Assembly: GCA_964424375.1 (NCBI GenBank)
Contig: CAYRIH010000002.1
Location: 1 to 47,319, forward strand
DNA: 47,319 nt
Source of the DNA: an uncultured Candidatus Saccharibacteria bacterium
Lineage (GTDB): Bacteria > Patescibacteriota > Kazan-3B-28 > UBA10110
Direction: 5' to 3'
Within the stretch, counting starts at the first letter, position 1. Every line of letters starts with the position of its first letter. The position numbers and the translations under genes are program-made. Below are positions 19,465 through 29,016 of the stretch, one piece after another. The notes beneath the pieces were generated by a model. That model did not search any database. It was given only the letters and a program-made list of their open reading frames with translations, and was not told where the DNA came from.

Positions 19465-20064
19465 ATGTTGGAACTTATTATTTTTACTGCCACAATAGTC
19501 CTATTGATTATCGTCTTGCGAAAACTGCCTGTAGAGCAAGATGTAATCAAAAAGATAAATCATGAAGCCCATCAGCTTGAAGGAGATGAGAATAAAAATA
19601 TCAGTGCAACTGATGATTTGTTGGATAAAGCTGATAATTTAGCTCAAATTGGTCAATATGGTAGGGCTGAAAAAATTTATTTACAATTGGTAACCAGCAA
19701 TCCACAAGATGCCAGTTTGTATAATAAATTAGCTTTGGTTTATTTAGGTAAAAAAGAATTTAAAGATGCCGCTAAAGCTTTAGATCAGGCCTTAACCTTA
19801 GAGCCAGATAATGATACTTTTTATAATAATTTAGGATTATTGTTGTATCAGCAAGGCAAGTATGATGAAGCAGTTGAGAGTTATGAAAGGTCGATAGAAA
19901 TTAATAATAAAGTAGCTTCTAGGTTTATGAATTTGGGTCTTGCTTATTTTATGTCAAAAAAGTATCGTAAAGCCGCTGATGCTTATGAGAAAGCTCTTAT
20001 TTTAGAGCCCAATAATGAAGAATTTAAACGATTATTAGCGGAAGCAGAAGAAAAAGTAGAATAA
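19465..20064 (+). CDS. TPR-repeat protein with N-terminal TM segment
   Basis: Three to four 34-aa TPR-like units (AEKIYLQLV..., AAKALDQALTLEPDN..., AVESYERSIEIN..., AADAYEKALILEPNN). Confidence 0.75.
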   Translation: MLELIIFTATIVLLIIVLRKLPVEQDVIKKINHEAHQLEGDENKNISATDDLLDKADNLAQIGQYGRAEKIYLQLVTSNPQDASLYNKLALVYLGKKEFKDAAKALDQALTLEPDNDTFYNNLGLLLYQQGKYDEAVESYERSIEINNKVASRFMNLGLAYFMSKKYRKAADAYEKALILEPNNEEFKRLLAEAEEKVE

Positions 20065-20082
20065 TTTTGACAATTTTGTTTT

Positions 20083-20168
20083 GTCGGGGTACCGAAGTGG
20101 TCAAACGGAGCGGTCTGTAAAACCGTTGGCTTATGCCTTCGTAGGTTCGAATCCTGCCCCCGGCACCA
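20083..20168 (+). tRNA. tRNA-Tyr (GUA)
   Basis: GTCGGGG...CCCCGGCACCA acceptor, anticodon loop CTGTAAA, long variable arm, T-loop GGTTCGAATCC, encoded CCA. Confidence 0.85.
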
Positions 20169-20194
20169 CATTGTAATAAATTTAACTTTGATGT

Positions 20195-20269
20195 GCCAGC
20201 TTAGCTCAGTGGTAGAGCAACTGTTTTGTAAACAGTAGGTCGTCGGTTCAAATCCGTCAGCTGGCTCCA
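20195..20269 (+). tRNA. tRNA-Thr (UGU)
   Basis: Acceptor GCCAGCT/AGCTGGC, anticodon stem-loop ACTGT TTTGTAA ACAGT, T-loop GGTTCAAATCC, encoded CCA. Confidence 0.85.
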
Positions 20270-20345
20270 GCCGAGGTAGCTCAGTTGGTAGAGCAACCCC
20301 ATGGTAAGGGGTAGGTCGTGGGTTCGAATCCCATCCTCGGCTCCA
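20270..20345 (+). tRNA. tRNA-Thr (GGU)
   Basis: Acceptor GCCGAGG/CCTCGGC, anticodon stem-loop ACCCC ATGGTAA GGGGT, T-loop GGTTCGAATCC, encoded CCA; starts at the base after the CCA of the preceding tRNA. Confidence 0.8.
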
Positions 20346-20429
20346 CCTTCTCATCGCAACAAATTCCACCTAATCATTGTGCCAGTTATTTATCTTGACA
20401 GGAATAATTATGTATTAAATACTTTTACT

Positions 20430-20870
20430 ATGGCTAAGAAGATATTAACTAAAGTTAAGTTGCAGTGTGAAGCTGGGAAGGCTAATCCAGCTCCGCCTGT
20501 AGGAACCGCTTTGGGTCCTCATGGGATTCAAATTATGGATTTTTGCAATCAATTTAACGCCAAAACCAAAGAAATGGCGGGGAATGTTATTCCAACAGTC
20601 ATTACTATCTATGCAGACAGATCTTTTGATTTTATTATTAAACAACCGCCAGCATCTGGATTGATTAAAAAAGCAGCTGGTATTGATAAAGGATCGAGTG
20701 TACCAAACAAGGAAAAGGTGGGCAGATTAACTAAAGCCCAAGTTAAGGAAATTGCCGAGCAGAAAATGCCTGATTTAAATGCTAATGATATTGAATCAGC
20801 TATGAAAATTATCGAAGGCACAGCTGCTAATATGGGGGTTGAAATTATTAACGGCTCTAACGGCAAATAA
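20430..20870 (+). CDS. rplK: 50S ribosomal protein L11
   Basis: [43 protein letters not shown]. The track ORF start (20301) runs through the tRNA, so the start was moved to ATG 20430. Confidence 0.9.
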   Translation: MAKKILTKVKLQCEAGKANPAPPVGTALGPHGIQIMDFCNQFNAKTKEMAGNVIPTVITIYADRSFDFIIKQPPASGLIKKAAGIDKGSSVPNKEKVGRLTKAQVKEIAEQKMPDLNANDIESAMKIIEGTAANMGVEIINGSNGK

Positions 20871-20891
20871 TTTATATCTATAATTGTGGGA

Positions 20892-20909
20892 CTCTGCTGT
20901 CCAGCAGAG
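20892..20909 (+). promoter_or_regulatory. Stem-loop in the rplK-rplA spacer (possible L1 autoregulatory site)
   Basis: GGGA CTCTGCT GTCC AGCAGAG with no U-tract, 24 nt upstream of the rplA GTG; the functional assignment is inference. Confidence 0.3.
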
Positions 20910-20932
20910 GTTAGTACCACGAGGAGGTAATT

Positions 20933-21715
20933 GTGTCAGAGAAAAAGAAAGTAATTAAGTCTGCTAGTCAATCTAAAACTAAATCGGTTGCTAAAAAGCA
21001 GCGCAAAATTTCACCAGTTAAAAAACTTGGTAGGGGTAAACGATATATTGAATCAGCTAAGTTGGTGGATAAATCTAAGTTATACGATTTGGATACAGCT
21101 ATAGATTTATTAATTAAAACATCGACAACTAAGTTTGATGCAGCGGCCGAAACGCATATTCAAACTGGTTTAGATCCCAAGCAGGCTGAACAAAACATTA
21201 GGGGTACGGTACTATTGCCAGCTGGGTCTGGCAAAAGTATCAAAATCTTAGTCTTTGCTGAAGGGGAAGAAGCCACAGCTGCCAAAAAGGCAGGAGCAGA
21301 TTTTATTGGCAGTGATGATTTGTTAGATAAAATTAATTCTGGTTGGTTGGGTTTTGATGTAGCTATTTCTACACCAGATTTAATGGCCAAGGTTGGTAAA
21401 TTAGGTAAAACTTTAGGCACCAAAGGCCTGATGCCTAATCCTAAAAGTGGAACTGTGACTAAAGATGCAGCCAAGGCAGTGGAAGAATTTAAAAAAGGTA
21501 AGATTGAATTTAAATTAGATAAAGAAGCTATTGTCCATATAGCATTCGGTAAAGCATCGTTGAGTAAAGTAGCGATACATAATAATTTTAAAGTTTTATA
21601 CAAAGCTATTCTAAATGCTAAACCAGCTTCTATTAAAGGAACATATATTAAGAAGATTTCATTATCTTCTAGTATGGGACCAGGGGTTAAACTAGATTTA
21701 AATTCTTTAGAATAG
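20933..21715 (+). CDS. rplA: 50S ribosomal protein L1 with Lys-rich N-terminal extension
   Basis: GTG start behind GAGGAGG; the canonical L1 N-terminus (GRGKRYIESAKLVDKSKLYDLDTAIDLL) begins about 32 aa in. Confidence 0.9.
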   Translation: MSEKKKVIKSASQSKTKSVAKKQRKISPVKKLGRGKRYIESAKLVDKSKLYDLDTAIDLLIKTSTTKFDAAAETHIQTGLDPKQAEQNIRGTVLLPAGSGKSIKILVFAEGEEATAAKKAGADFIGSDDLLDKINSGWLGFDVAISTPDLMAKVGKLGKTLGTKGLMPNPKSGTVTKDAAKAVEEFKKGKIEFKLDKEAIVHIAFGKASLSKVAIHNNFKVLYKAILNAKPASIKGTYIKKISLSSSMGPGVKLDLNSLE

Positions 21716-21716
21716 G

Positions 21717-22154
21717 ATGAAGGTTAAAATTAAACGAATTGATAAAACATTGCCGTTACCGACCTACAAAACATCTGGTGCCGTAGCGTTCGATTTAATT
21801 TTACGAGAAAGCGCAACAATACAGCCAGGGGAATCTATAAGGATACCTTGTAATGTCATTGTCGAAATACCAGAGGGCTATATGTTGCATGTTGTTCCAC
21901 GTAGCAGTTTCCCCTTTAAAAAACCAGGGCTTATTCAGGGCAACCATGCTGGTGTGATTGATCAGGATTATTGTGGACCTAATGACGAATTAATGTTTCC
22001 AGTTTATAACACCACAGATAAGCCAATTAGTTTAGAACGAGGTGAAGCATATTGTCAGGCAGTTTTTGTAAAAATTAGTAAAGCAGAATTCGAAGAAGTA
22101 AGTGAAATGTCTACCCCTGATCGGGATGGTTTTGGGAGTACTGATGAAAGGTAA
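21717..22154 (+). CDS. dut: dUTP diphosphatase
   Basis: Trimeric dUTPase motifs AVAFDL, PRSS, GVIDQDYCG, GFGSTD. Confidence 0.85.
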   Translation: MKVKIKRIDKTLPLPTYKTSGAVAFDLILRESATIQPGESIRIPCNVIVEIPEGYMLHVVPRSSFPFKKPGLIQGNHAGVIDQDYCGPNDELMFPVYNTTDKPISLERGEAYCQAVFVKISKAEFEEVSEMSTPDRDGFGSTDER

Positions 22155-22746
22155 ATTTATTGTTTTTGAAGGAGTAGATGGATCAGGCCAAAATACTCAG
22201 GCGGAACTTTTAGTAAGATATTTAAAGACAAAAGGTTTTGATGTTTTAGAAACCTATGAGCCAACAGATAGTTATATTGGTGCTAGAATTCGTAAGATTT
22301 TAAGTGGCGATGTAACAAGTTCTGGCGGCGCGCTTGGCTTGCAAATGTTGATGATTAGAGATAGGAAATTGCATCTTCAGGATGTTATACAGCCGCACTT
22401 AAATAAAGGAGGTGTGGTTGTATGTGTGCGGTATTTGTATTCTACTCTGGCGTACGGACAGGCTGATGGTTTGGGTTATGATAAATTGTGGCAGATGAAT
22501 AAAGATTTTCTTCTACCAGATTTAACAATATATTTAGATTTAAATCCGGAAATATCATTAGAGAGGGTAGAGAAACGGGCTCAAGAAACCGGAAAACCTT
22601 TAGATATCTTCGAAAAGAAAAGCACTCTTACAAGAGTGAGAGAAAATTTTTTGGAGTTGTTGAAAAACTTTCCAGAGATGGTTAAAGTAGATGCTTTGGG
22701 CACACCAGATGAAGTTCATCAAAGAGTATTGCGGCATCTAAATTAG
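22144..22746 (+). CDS. tmk: Thymidylate kinase
   Basis: MKGKFIVFEGVDGSGQNTQ P-loop; start moved from the track (22102) to ATG 22144, overlapping the dut stop. Confidence 0.85.
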   Translation: MKGKFIVFEGVDGSGQNTQAELLVRYLKTKGFDVLETYEPTDSYIGARIRKILSGDVTSSGGALGLQMLMIRDRKLHLQDVIQPHLNKGGVVVCVRYLYSTLAYGQADGLGYDKLWQMNKDFLLPDLTIYLDLNPEISLERVEKRAQETGKPLDIFEKKSTLTRVRENFLELLKNFPEMVKVDALGTPDEVHQRVLRHLN

Positions 22747-22760
22747 TATTCATAGTTAAC

Positions 22761-22796
22761 AAAAAACCCGGGATTAAATCCCGGGTGATTTTTTCG
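22761..22796. terminator. Bidirectional intrinsic terminator between convergent tmk and the thyX-like gene
   Basis: AAAAAA ACCCGGGAT TAA ATCCCGGGT GATTTTTT. Confidence 0.8.
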
Positions 22797-22804
22797 TTGT
22801 AAAT

Positions 22805-24187
22805 CTAAACCAATCTTACAGGGAAGAACTGATCCAGGGGAATTGTTGAATCGCGGCCACAATAACGTTTGCCTTCAGCACATTGTCCACATTGGTAACA
22901 TTTTGGAGACAACATGTTTAAAAGTTGAACTGAGTGTTGTCCAGAGCTTTTTGGGAGTATGGCTTCACGCAATAGTCGAGATAGGTTATAAATCTCTTCC
23001 TGTGTGCACCAACACAGTCTTTTATCTTGCTCGTGAAGTACGGTGTTTAAAGTGCCCTTTTTGATGTAACGTACCATGGCTCCGTAAGGTGATAAAAATC
23101 TAAACAGTGCAGGGTGCACGTTTGTAGAAAGGGTTAACCACATTTCGGCGATTTGCATTAACTCCTTATTGATATTTAATTCTCTAACAATAGGAGGGTG
23201 GTAAAATCCGCCAGTAAAATCGAACGGGCCCCTGTTAATTCGCCGGTGGCGCTGATCCTGCCCCATGGTAGCTACCGATATTTCAATTTGGGTTTTGATA
23301 TCGATAACGTTATTAGGCATAAATTTGGGGTTAAAGTGTAATGTGTCTACCGGATGGGTATCGGTAGGTTCTGGATAAACAGCACTGTCTAAATTATCTA
23401 TCGATAATAATTTTAGCTTAGGGCTGTTTTCTAAATTACAGGCGCTAGGGACAGTGATGGTAAGATCGAGAGGACTAATATCAGTTGATGATTTTTCCTC
23501 TCTTTTAAACATATACTGTAATTCTGGATAAAGTTTCAGCACTTCCTGGGCCATTAAATCTGTTACATAGTACATAGGTGAATCCCAGGCTGATCGGTAC
23601 AGGGCTACCAGAGCTGATAAGTTAACAGTATAAGTCAAAGCGGTTGGGAATATTGTTGGGATTAATACTCGAAGTTGTTCTTGTCCAAACTTACGAGCAT
23701 TTTGTTTTATATACTTAGTTGTGGCTTTGGGTCGTTCTTTGGCAATAAACTTTTCAGCTACTTTAGTAGCAGGGTCGATGTTCTGGTTAAACAACTCCTG
23801 GCTAAAATTGATATAGTTTTCAATCCCCCTGATAGTTTTAGTATCAGTTTGAGGAAAGAAATATTTAACATAATCAATAATGCCCTGGGCAATATCTGGG
23901 TCGGAGAACATACCAAAACAGAATCTTCCCGAGCGCTGACTAGTAGTGTAAAAGGGTGAGTTTAGGTGTAATCCAAAAGTTACATTACTAATGGCTACAC
24001 CTTCGATAAAGAATGTAAATTCAGAACTTTGTAATACTGTATGATGTACAGTATTGAATATACTTTTTTCGATGTTAATCGATTTGCCCCATATGGGTTC
24101 CGAATCATCGTAACAGGTACGGGCAGAAAAGGACATTAGAGATGGAGCATCCTTATTAGTGTGACTAATAAGTTTTGCGGTTATCAT
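22805..24187 (-). CDS. Elongated ThyX-like (flavin-dependent thymidylate synthase-like) protein with C-terminal Cys cluster
   Basis: HHTVLQSSEFTFFIEGVAISNVTFGLH...TSQRSGRF resembles the ThyX core (H..VLEH..FTF.I.G.SR....L.RHR..S....SQRY). An RHR triplet occurs only later (QDQRHRRINRG). Convergent with dut-tmk. Confidence 0.5.
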   Translation of the reverse strand: MITAKLISHTNKDAPSLMSFSARTCYDDSEPIWGKSINIEKSIFNTVHHTVLQSSEFTFFIEGVAISNVTFGLHLNSPFYTTSQRSGRFCFGMFSDPDIAQGIIDYVKYFFPQTDTKTIRGIENYINFSQELFNQNIDPATKVAEKFIAKERPKATTKYIKQNARKFGQEQLRVLIPTIFPTALTYTVNLSALVALYRSAWDSPMYYVTDLMAQEVLKLYPELQYMFKREEKSSTDISPLDLTITVPSACNLENSPKLKLLSIDNLDSAVYPEPTDTHPVDTLHFNPKFMPNNVIDIKTQIEISVATMGQDQRHRRINRGPFDFTGGFYHPPIVRELNINKELMQIAEMWLTLSTNVHPALFRFLSPYGAMVRYIKKGTLNTVLHEQDKRLCWCTQEEIYNLSRLLREAILPKSSGQHSVQLLNMLSPKCYQCGQCAEGKRYCGRDSTIPLDQFFPVRLV

Positions 24188-24373
24188 GATTAAGAAACCT
24201 CCAATTGTTTTCTAGTTTTTATATCAAAGTACATTGATTTTTGATTTTTCATTATACACTAATATTTATTGACTTTTAAAAACAGTTTTACTAGAATGCT
24301 TGTATAACCTTTATAGACAGTAGGTATATCAATAAATCCTACCGAGAAGGCTCACAATTTTGTTTTAATTGTG

Positions 24374-24401
24374 TTTCTGATTGGTAGATCAGAAATTTTT
24401 T
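24374..24401 (+). promoter_or_regulatory. Terminator-like hairpin in the rplJ leader (candidate L10/L12 attenuator)
   Basis: TTTCTGAT TGGTAG ATCAGAAA followed by TTTTTT, ending 6 nt before the rplJ ATG; further hairpins upstream (CACAATT/AATTGTG, GTAGG/CCTAC). Confidence 0.4.
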
Positions 24402-24406
24402 ATATC

Positions 24407-24931
24407 ATGCCCAAGACTAAAGCACAAAAAGCAGAGCAAATTAAACAGCTTACGGATAAACTGCAGACTAACCCAACTGTGGTTATAACTGAGTTTACTG
24501 GTTTAACTATGGAAGATTTAACTGATTTTCGAAAAGTAGCACGGGAAAAAGGAGTGACTTTTCAGATTGTTAAAAATACTTTACTCACTAAGGCGGCTGA
24601 AAAAGCTGGGATAAAAGGTCTAGATGTTGATAAAGTAGCTCGTCAGTTAGCCATATCTACTGGTGATGCTGATGAAGCAACTATGTCTAAATTGGTATAT
24701 GAATTTGTAAAAAGTAGTGCCGAAAAAGTAAAAATATACTCAGGTATCTTAGAGAGCAAAATTGTGCCCGTCGAAACTATTATTCAATTAGCTCAATTGC
24801 CTAGCAGGGAAGAGTTATTAACTAGAGTAGTTGGCAGTATCAGTGCTCCAGCTAGAGGGTTTGTTAGAGTGTTAAATGGTCCATTACAAGGATTTTATAA
24901 TATTGTTAAAGCTTTAAGTGAAACTAAATAA
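24407..24931 (+). CDS. rplJ: 50S ribosomal protein L10
   Basis: [19 protein letters not shown]...[19 protein letters not shown]; start moved from the track GTG 24371 to ATG 24407. Confidence 0.9.
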   Translation: MPKTKAQKAEQIKQLTDKLQTNPTVVITEFTGLTMEDLTDFRKVAREKGVTFQIVKNTLLTKAAEKAGIKGLDVDKVARQLAISTGDADEATMSKLVYEFVKSSAEKVKIYSGILESKIVPVETIIQLAQLPSREELLTRVVGSISAPARGFVRVLNGPLQGFYNIVKALSETK

Positions 24932-24975
24932 TCAGAATCAATAAATTAAATAATTTTTTAAAGAAAGGAGCTATA

Positions 24976-26690
<1,715 letters not shown>

Positions 26691-26694
26691 TGTT

Positions 26695-26946
26695 ATGGAC
26701 AAATAGATAGTTTCTGATATGTTGTATCTGGCATGTTTTAGGCTTTGGAAGCTAAAAACATGACTACTTTGACAAAGGAGTAATAAAAATGCGCAGGAAG
26801 CCATTAATTATCTTGCTGTTAGTAATGCTTGGTTTGGCTTTTGTCATAACCATTGCTGGTTGTGGGAAAATCAAAAAGATAATCCAGAGTTCAGGTCCAT
26901 CTGGACCTGGTCAGCATATTGATATTGGGTATGGCTGGGATCAGGG
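26695..26946 (+). repeat. 252-nt direct repeat, copy 1 (5' UTR + signal peptide + first ~52 codons of the lipoprotein gene)
   Basis: Ungapped hand alignment to 28229..28480 gives 8 mismatches; similarity collapses right after GGCTGGGATCAGGG. Confidence 0.9.
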
Positions 26947-27334
26947 TCTTGGACCTGGGTGGCAATCGCGACGATCAGACCTCTGTATTATAGGGGGGAA
27001 TATATATGGGGTTTCACCTGGGGAGATAGATCCTTATATAATTCAGCTTGGTTCAGATACGATTCATTATCGTTACAATCTATCTCCAAGCGAGAAGCAA
27101 ATGAGTGGGCTAGCGGCCTTTGCTACGGATTTTATGGGACTGTCTGAACTTGAAGTCATGAGCACTAGAGGCTATGAAGGAAACTATGAGGAAGGAAGTA
27201 GATTAGGAAGCTCAATAGACAAGTCTGATTATGAGAGGGGTTATATCCTGTTTGAGTTTCAAGTTCCTTTCTCATCAACGGGTCTCTATGTTTTTGAAGG
27301 TATGGAAGACAATTTCCTTATCCTTAGGCAGTGA
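26789..27334 (+). CDS. Lipoprotein, paralog A (181 aa)
   Basis: Signal peptide MRRKPLIILLLVMLGLAFVITIAGC with lipobox IAGC; AAGGAG SD 8 nt upstream. Confidence 0.8.
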   Translation: MRRKPLIILLLVMLGLAFVITIAGCGKIKKIIQSSGPSGPGQHIDIGYGWDQGLGPGWQSRRSDLCIIGGNIYGVSPGEIDPYIIQLGSDTIHYRYNLSPSEKQMSGLAAFATDFMGLSELEVMSTRGYEGNYEEGSRLGSSIDKSDYERGYILFEFQVPFSSTGLYVFEGMEDNFLILRQ

Positions 27335-27478
27335 GATAATAAAAAGATTGATTGACTTGCTCGAGGAAGATATTCTTGCTGCTGAATCTATATGAGGAAC
27401 TAGGGTTGGCGCTGATTTTTTAGCACGTCTGTTTATAGGCGTTTGATATAAATGTTAGAGAACCTTTGAAGAATCCTT

Positions 27479-27540
27479 CATGACTACTTTGATAAAGGAA
27501 GTGATGCGATTCATTCTGTTGTTAGTGCTAATTATTACGC
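27479..27540 (+). pseudogene. Degenerate third copy of the lipoprotein 5' module (UTR motif + truncated signal-peptide-like start)
   Basis: CATGACTACTTTGATAAAGGAAG then ATGCGATTCATTCTGTTGTTAGTGCTAATT, versus CATGACTACTTTGACAAAGGAG...ATGCGCAGGAAGCCATTAATTATCTTGCTGTTAGTAATGCTT in the intact copies. Confidence 0.4.
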
Positions 27541-27574
27541 AGAGGTATGTAATAAATTTAAAAGGAGGTCTTCC

Positions 27575-28075
27575 ATGGGAGACAATGATAATGGGATTGA
27601 TCCTAAAGTGGAAGATGGGGATAAACAGCTTACAGATAAAGAGCTGGAAGAGCTGAGGGTACGGGAGCGCTTTGGTCACATTTTGCTAAGTATTCGCAAA
27701 ATACTAGGGATGAGTATTGAGGAGCTTGCCCGTGCAGCAGAAATGGATGCAGGGTATATTTCTCGACTCGAGAACGGCCATAGAAGTCCACCCTCGGCCA
27801 AGATTCTCCGGCGACTTGCTGATGTACTAAAGGTAAATGTAATGCTCTTTTTCATGGCAGCAGATTATCTAAGAATTGATGAACGAGGTAATTCGGTTAC
27901 TAAAGAGCTTCTTGATCTTCGTGTCGTGGCTGAGGTTACTGGTACTCATCCTGTTGTGGATGTGAATTCAGAGTTTGCTGAGGTTATTGCTTTATTGAAA
28001 GAGGGAATTGAATCTTTAAAAGATATCAAGTTCCTCTTGACGACGGCGGTGCGGGAGAACAAGGAGAAGAATTAA
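27575..28075 (+). CDS. XRE-family helix-turn-helix transcriptional regulator (166 aa)
   Basis: HTH LGMSIEELARAAEMDAGYISRLENGHRSPSAKILRRLADVL; AAAGGAGG SD upstream. Confidence 0.8.
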   Translation: MGDNDNGIDPKVEDGDKQLTDKELEELRVRERFGHILLSIRKILGMSIEELARAAEMDAGYISRLENGHRSPPSAKILRRLADVLKVNVMLFFMAADYLRIDERGNSVTKELLDLRVVAEVTGTHPVVDVNSEFAEVIALLKEGIESLKDIKFLLTTAVRENKEKN

Positions 28076-28090
28076 GTAAAGTTTGGAGGT

Positions 28091-28120
28091 AACCGACCAC
28101 TTCTGTGGTCGGTTTTTTTT
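28091..28120 (+). terminator. Intrinsic terminator after the XRE gene
   Basis: AACCGACCAC TTCT GTGGTCGGTT followed by TTTTTT. Confidence 0.85.
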
Positions 28121-28228
28121 ATCTTATTTACTGAATAAACTGCATATACTCTAGAGCGTATATAGTAGGGAGTGGTTGTAATTGGAGGGGTTATCTTTAG
28201 TAGTTTTAGTAATGGATTAGTAATAGGA

Positions 28229-28480
28229 ATGGACAAATAAATAGTTTCTGATATGTTGTATCTGGCATGTTTTAGGCTTTGGAAGCTAAAAACATGACTA
28301 CTTTGACAAAGGAGTAATAAAAATGCGCAGGAAGCCATTAGTTATCTTGCTGTTAGTAATGCTTGGTTTGGCTTTTGTCGTAACCATTGCTGGTTGTGGG
28401 AAAATCAAAAAGATAATCCAGAGTTCGGGTCCGTCTGGACCTGGTCAGCATATTGACATTGGATACGGCTGGGATCAGGG
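28229..28480 (+). repeat. 252-nt direct repeat, copy 2
   Basis: See 26695..26946; offset 1534 nt. Confidence 0.9.
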
Positions 28481-28892
28481 GATAGATGGTGGTTGGCGAG
28501 AAGATTTAGCTACGTCTATCAATTCGGGTCTTGCTTTAGATAAGGCCAATGTAGATCCTTATATAAATCAGATGACAGCCGGTAACAAGATTCTGTATCA
28601 ATATAATTTTTCTCCTGTAGAACAGGAGCAAAAGGGTCTTATCGGTTTGGCAATGAAGTCATCAATCAAAATAATTGAATTAAAATTACCTACGATAGAC
28701 ATCCCGGTTTATGTTTATGATAGGACTATGGGTGTTTTTGCCATACCTATGCTGGGTGTGGTTTGCACAGACAAGTCAGATCTCGATGCAGGGTTAGGTT
28801 ATGCTCGCTTTGAGTACGAGATACCTGATTCTGCCGGCGATTTACTTGTCTTCGTTGCGGAAGATGCATTGGTGCTATCTAGATCTAGATAA
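28323..28892 (+). CDS. Lipoprotein, paralog B (189 aa)
   Basis: The first ~52 aa match paralog A with two substitutions (I7V, I20V). The remainder is only weakly similar (DPYI.Q...Y.YN.SP.E....GL; final ...F.......L.VF...). Confidence 0.8.
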   Translation: MRRKPLVILLLVMLGLAFVVTIAGCGKIKKIIQSSGPSGPGQHIDIGYGWDQGIDGGWREDLATSINSGLALDKANVDPYINQMTAGNKILYQYNFSPVEQEQKGLIGLAMKSSIKIIELKLPTIDIPVYVYDRTMGVFAIPMLGVVCTDKSDLDAGLGYARFEYEIPDSAGDLLVFVAEDALVLSRSR

Positions 28893-29016
28893 CCAAATAG
28901 TAAATTTTAAAATCTCCCAAAGATTTAACATCTGAGGGAGTTTTTTTAAAAAAGAAAAAGCGATAGTCAGGTTTGTATTAGGGTACTAATTTTTGGCTGT
29001 TAGGAGCAATTTTTTA

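Noticed and set aside
19983-20369. 128-aa minus-strand ORF
   Set aside because: It is made entirely of the reverse complement of three tRNA genes, which are GC-rich and free of stops. It is not coding.
20301-20429. Extended N-termini in the ORF track: rplK 20301, tmk 22102, rplJ 24371, HIT 34626, ftsZ 37719, secF 32039, tyrS 13289, Big_2 protein 29901
   Set aside because: The extensions run through tRNAs, upstream genes, leader hairpins or repeat arms. Canonical N-termini begin at internal ATGs, several of which have good SDs.
26695-28892. Diversity-generating retroelement acting on the variable lipoprotein C-termini
   Set aside because: No reverse transcriptase is present and there is no template/variable repeat pair with A-specific mismatches. 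The conserved part is the 5' end, not a 3' variable region.
28911-28947. Terminator between lipoprotein B and the convergent Big_2 gene
   Set aside because: Only a 5-bp CTCCC/GGGAG stem with a 17-nt loop precedes the T7 run. It is too weak to call, although the T-run/A-run pair suggests some bidirectional termination here.
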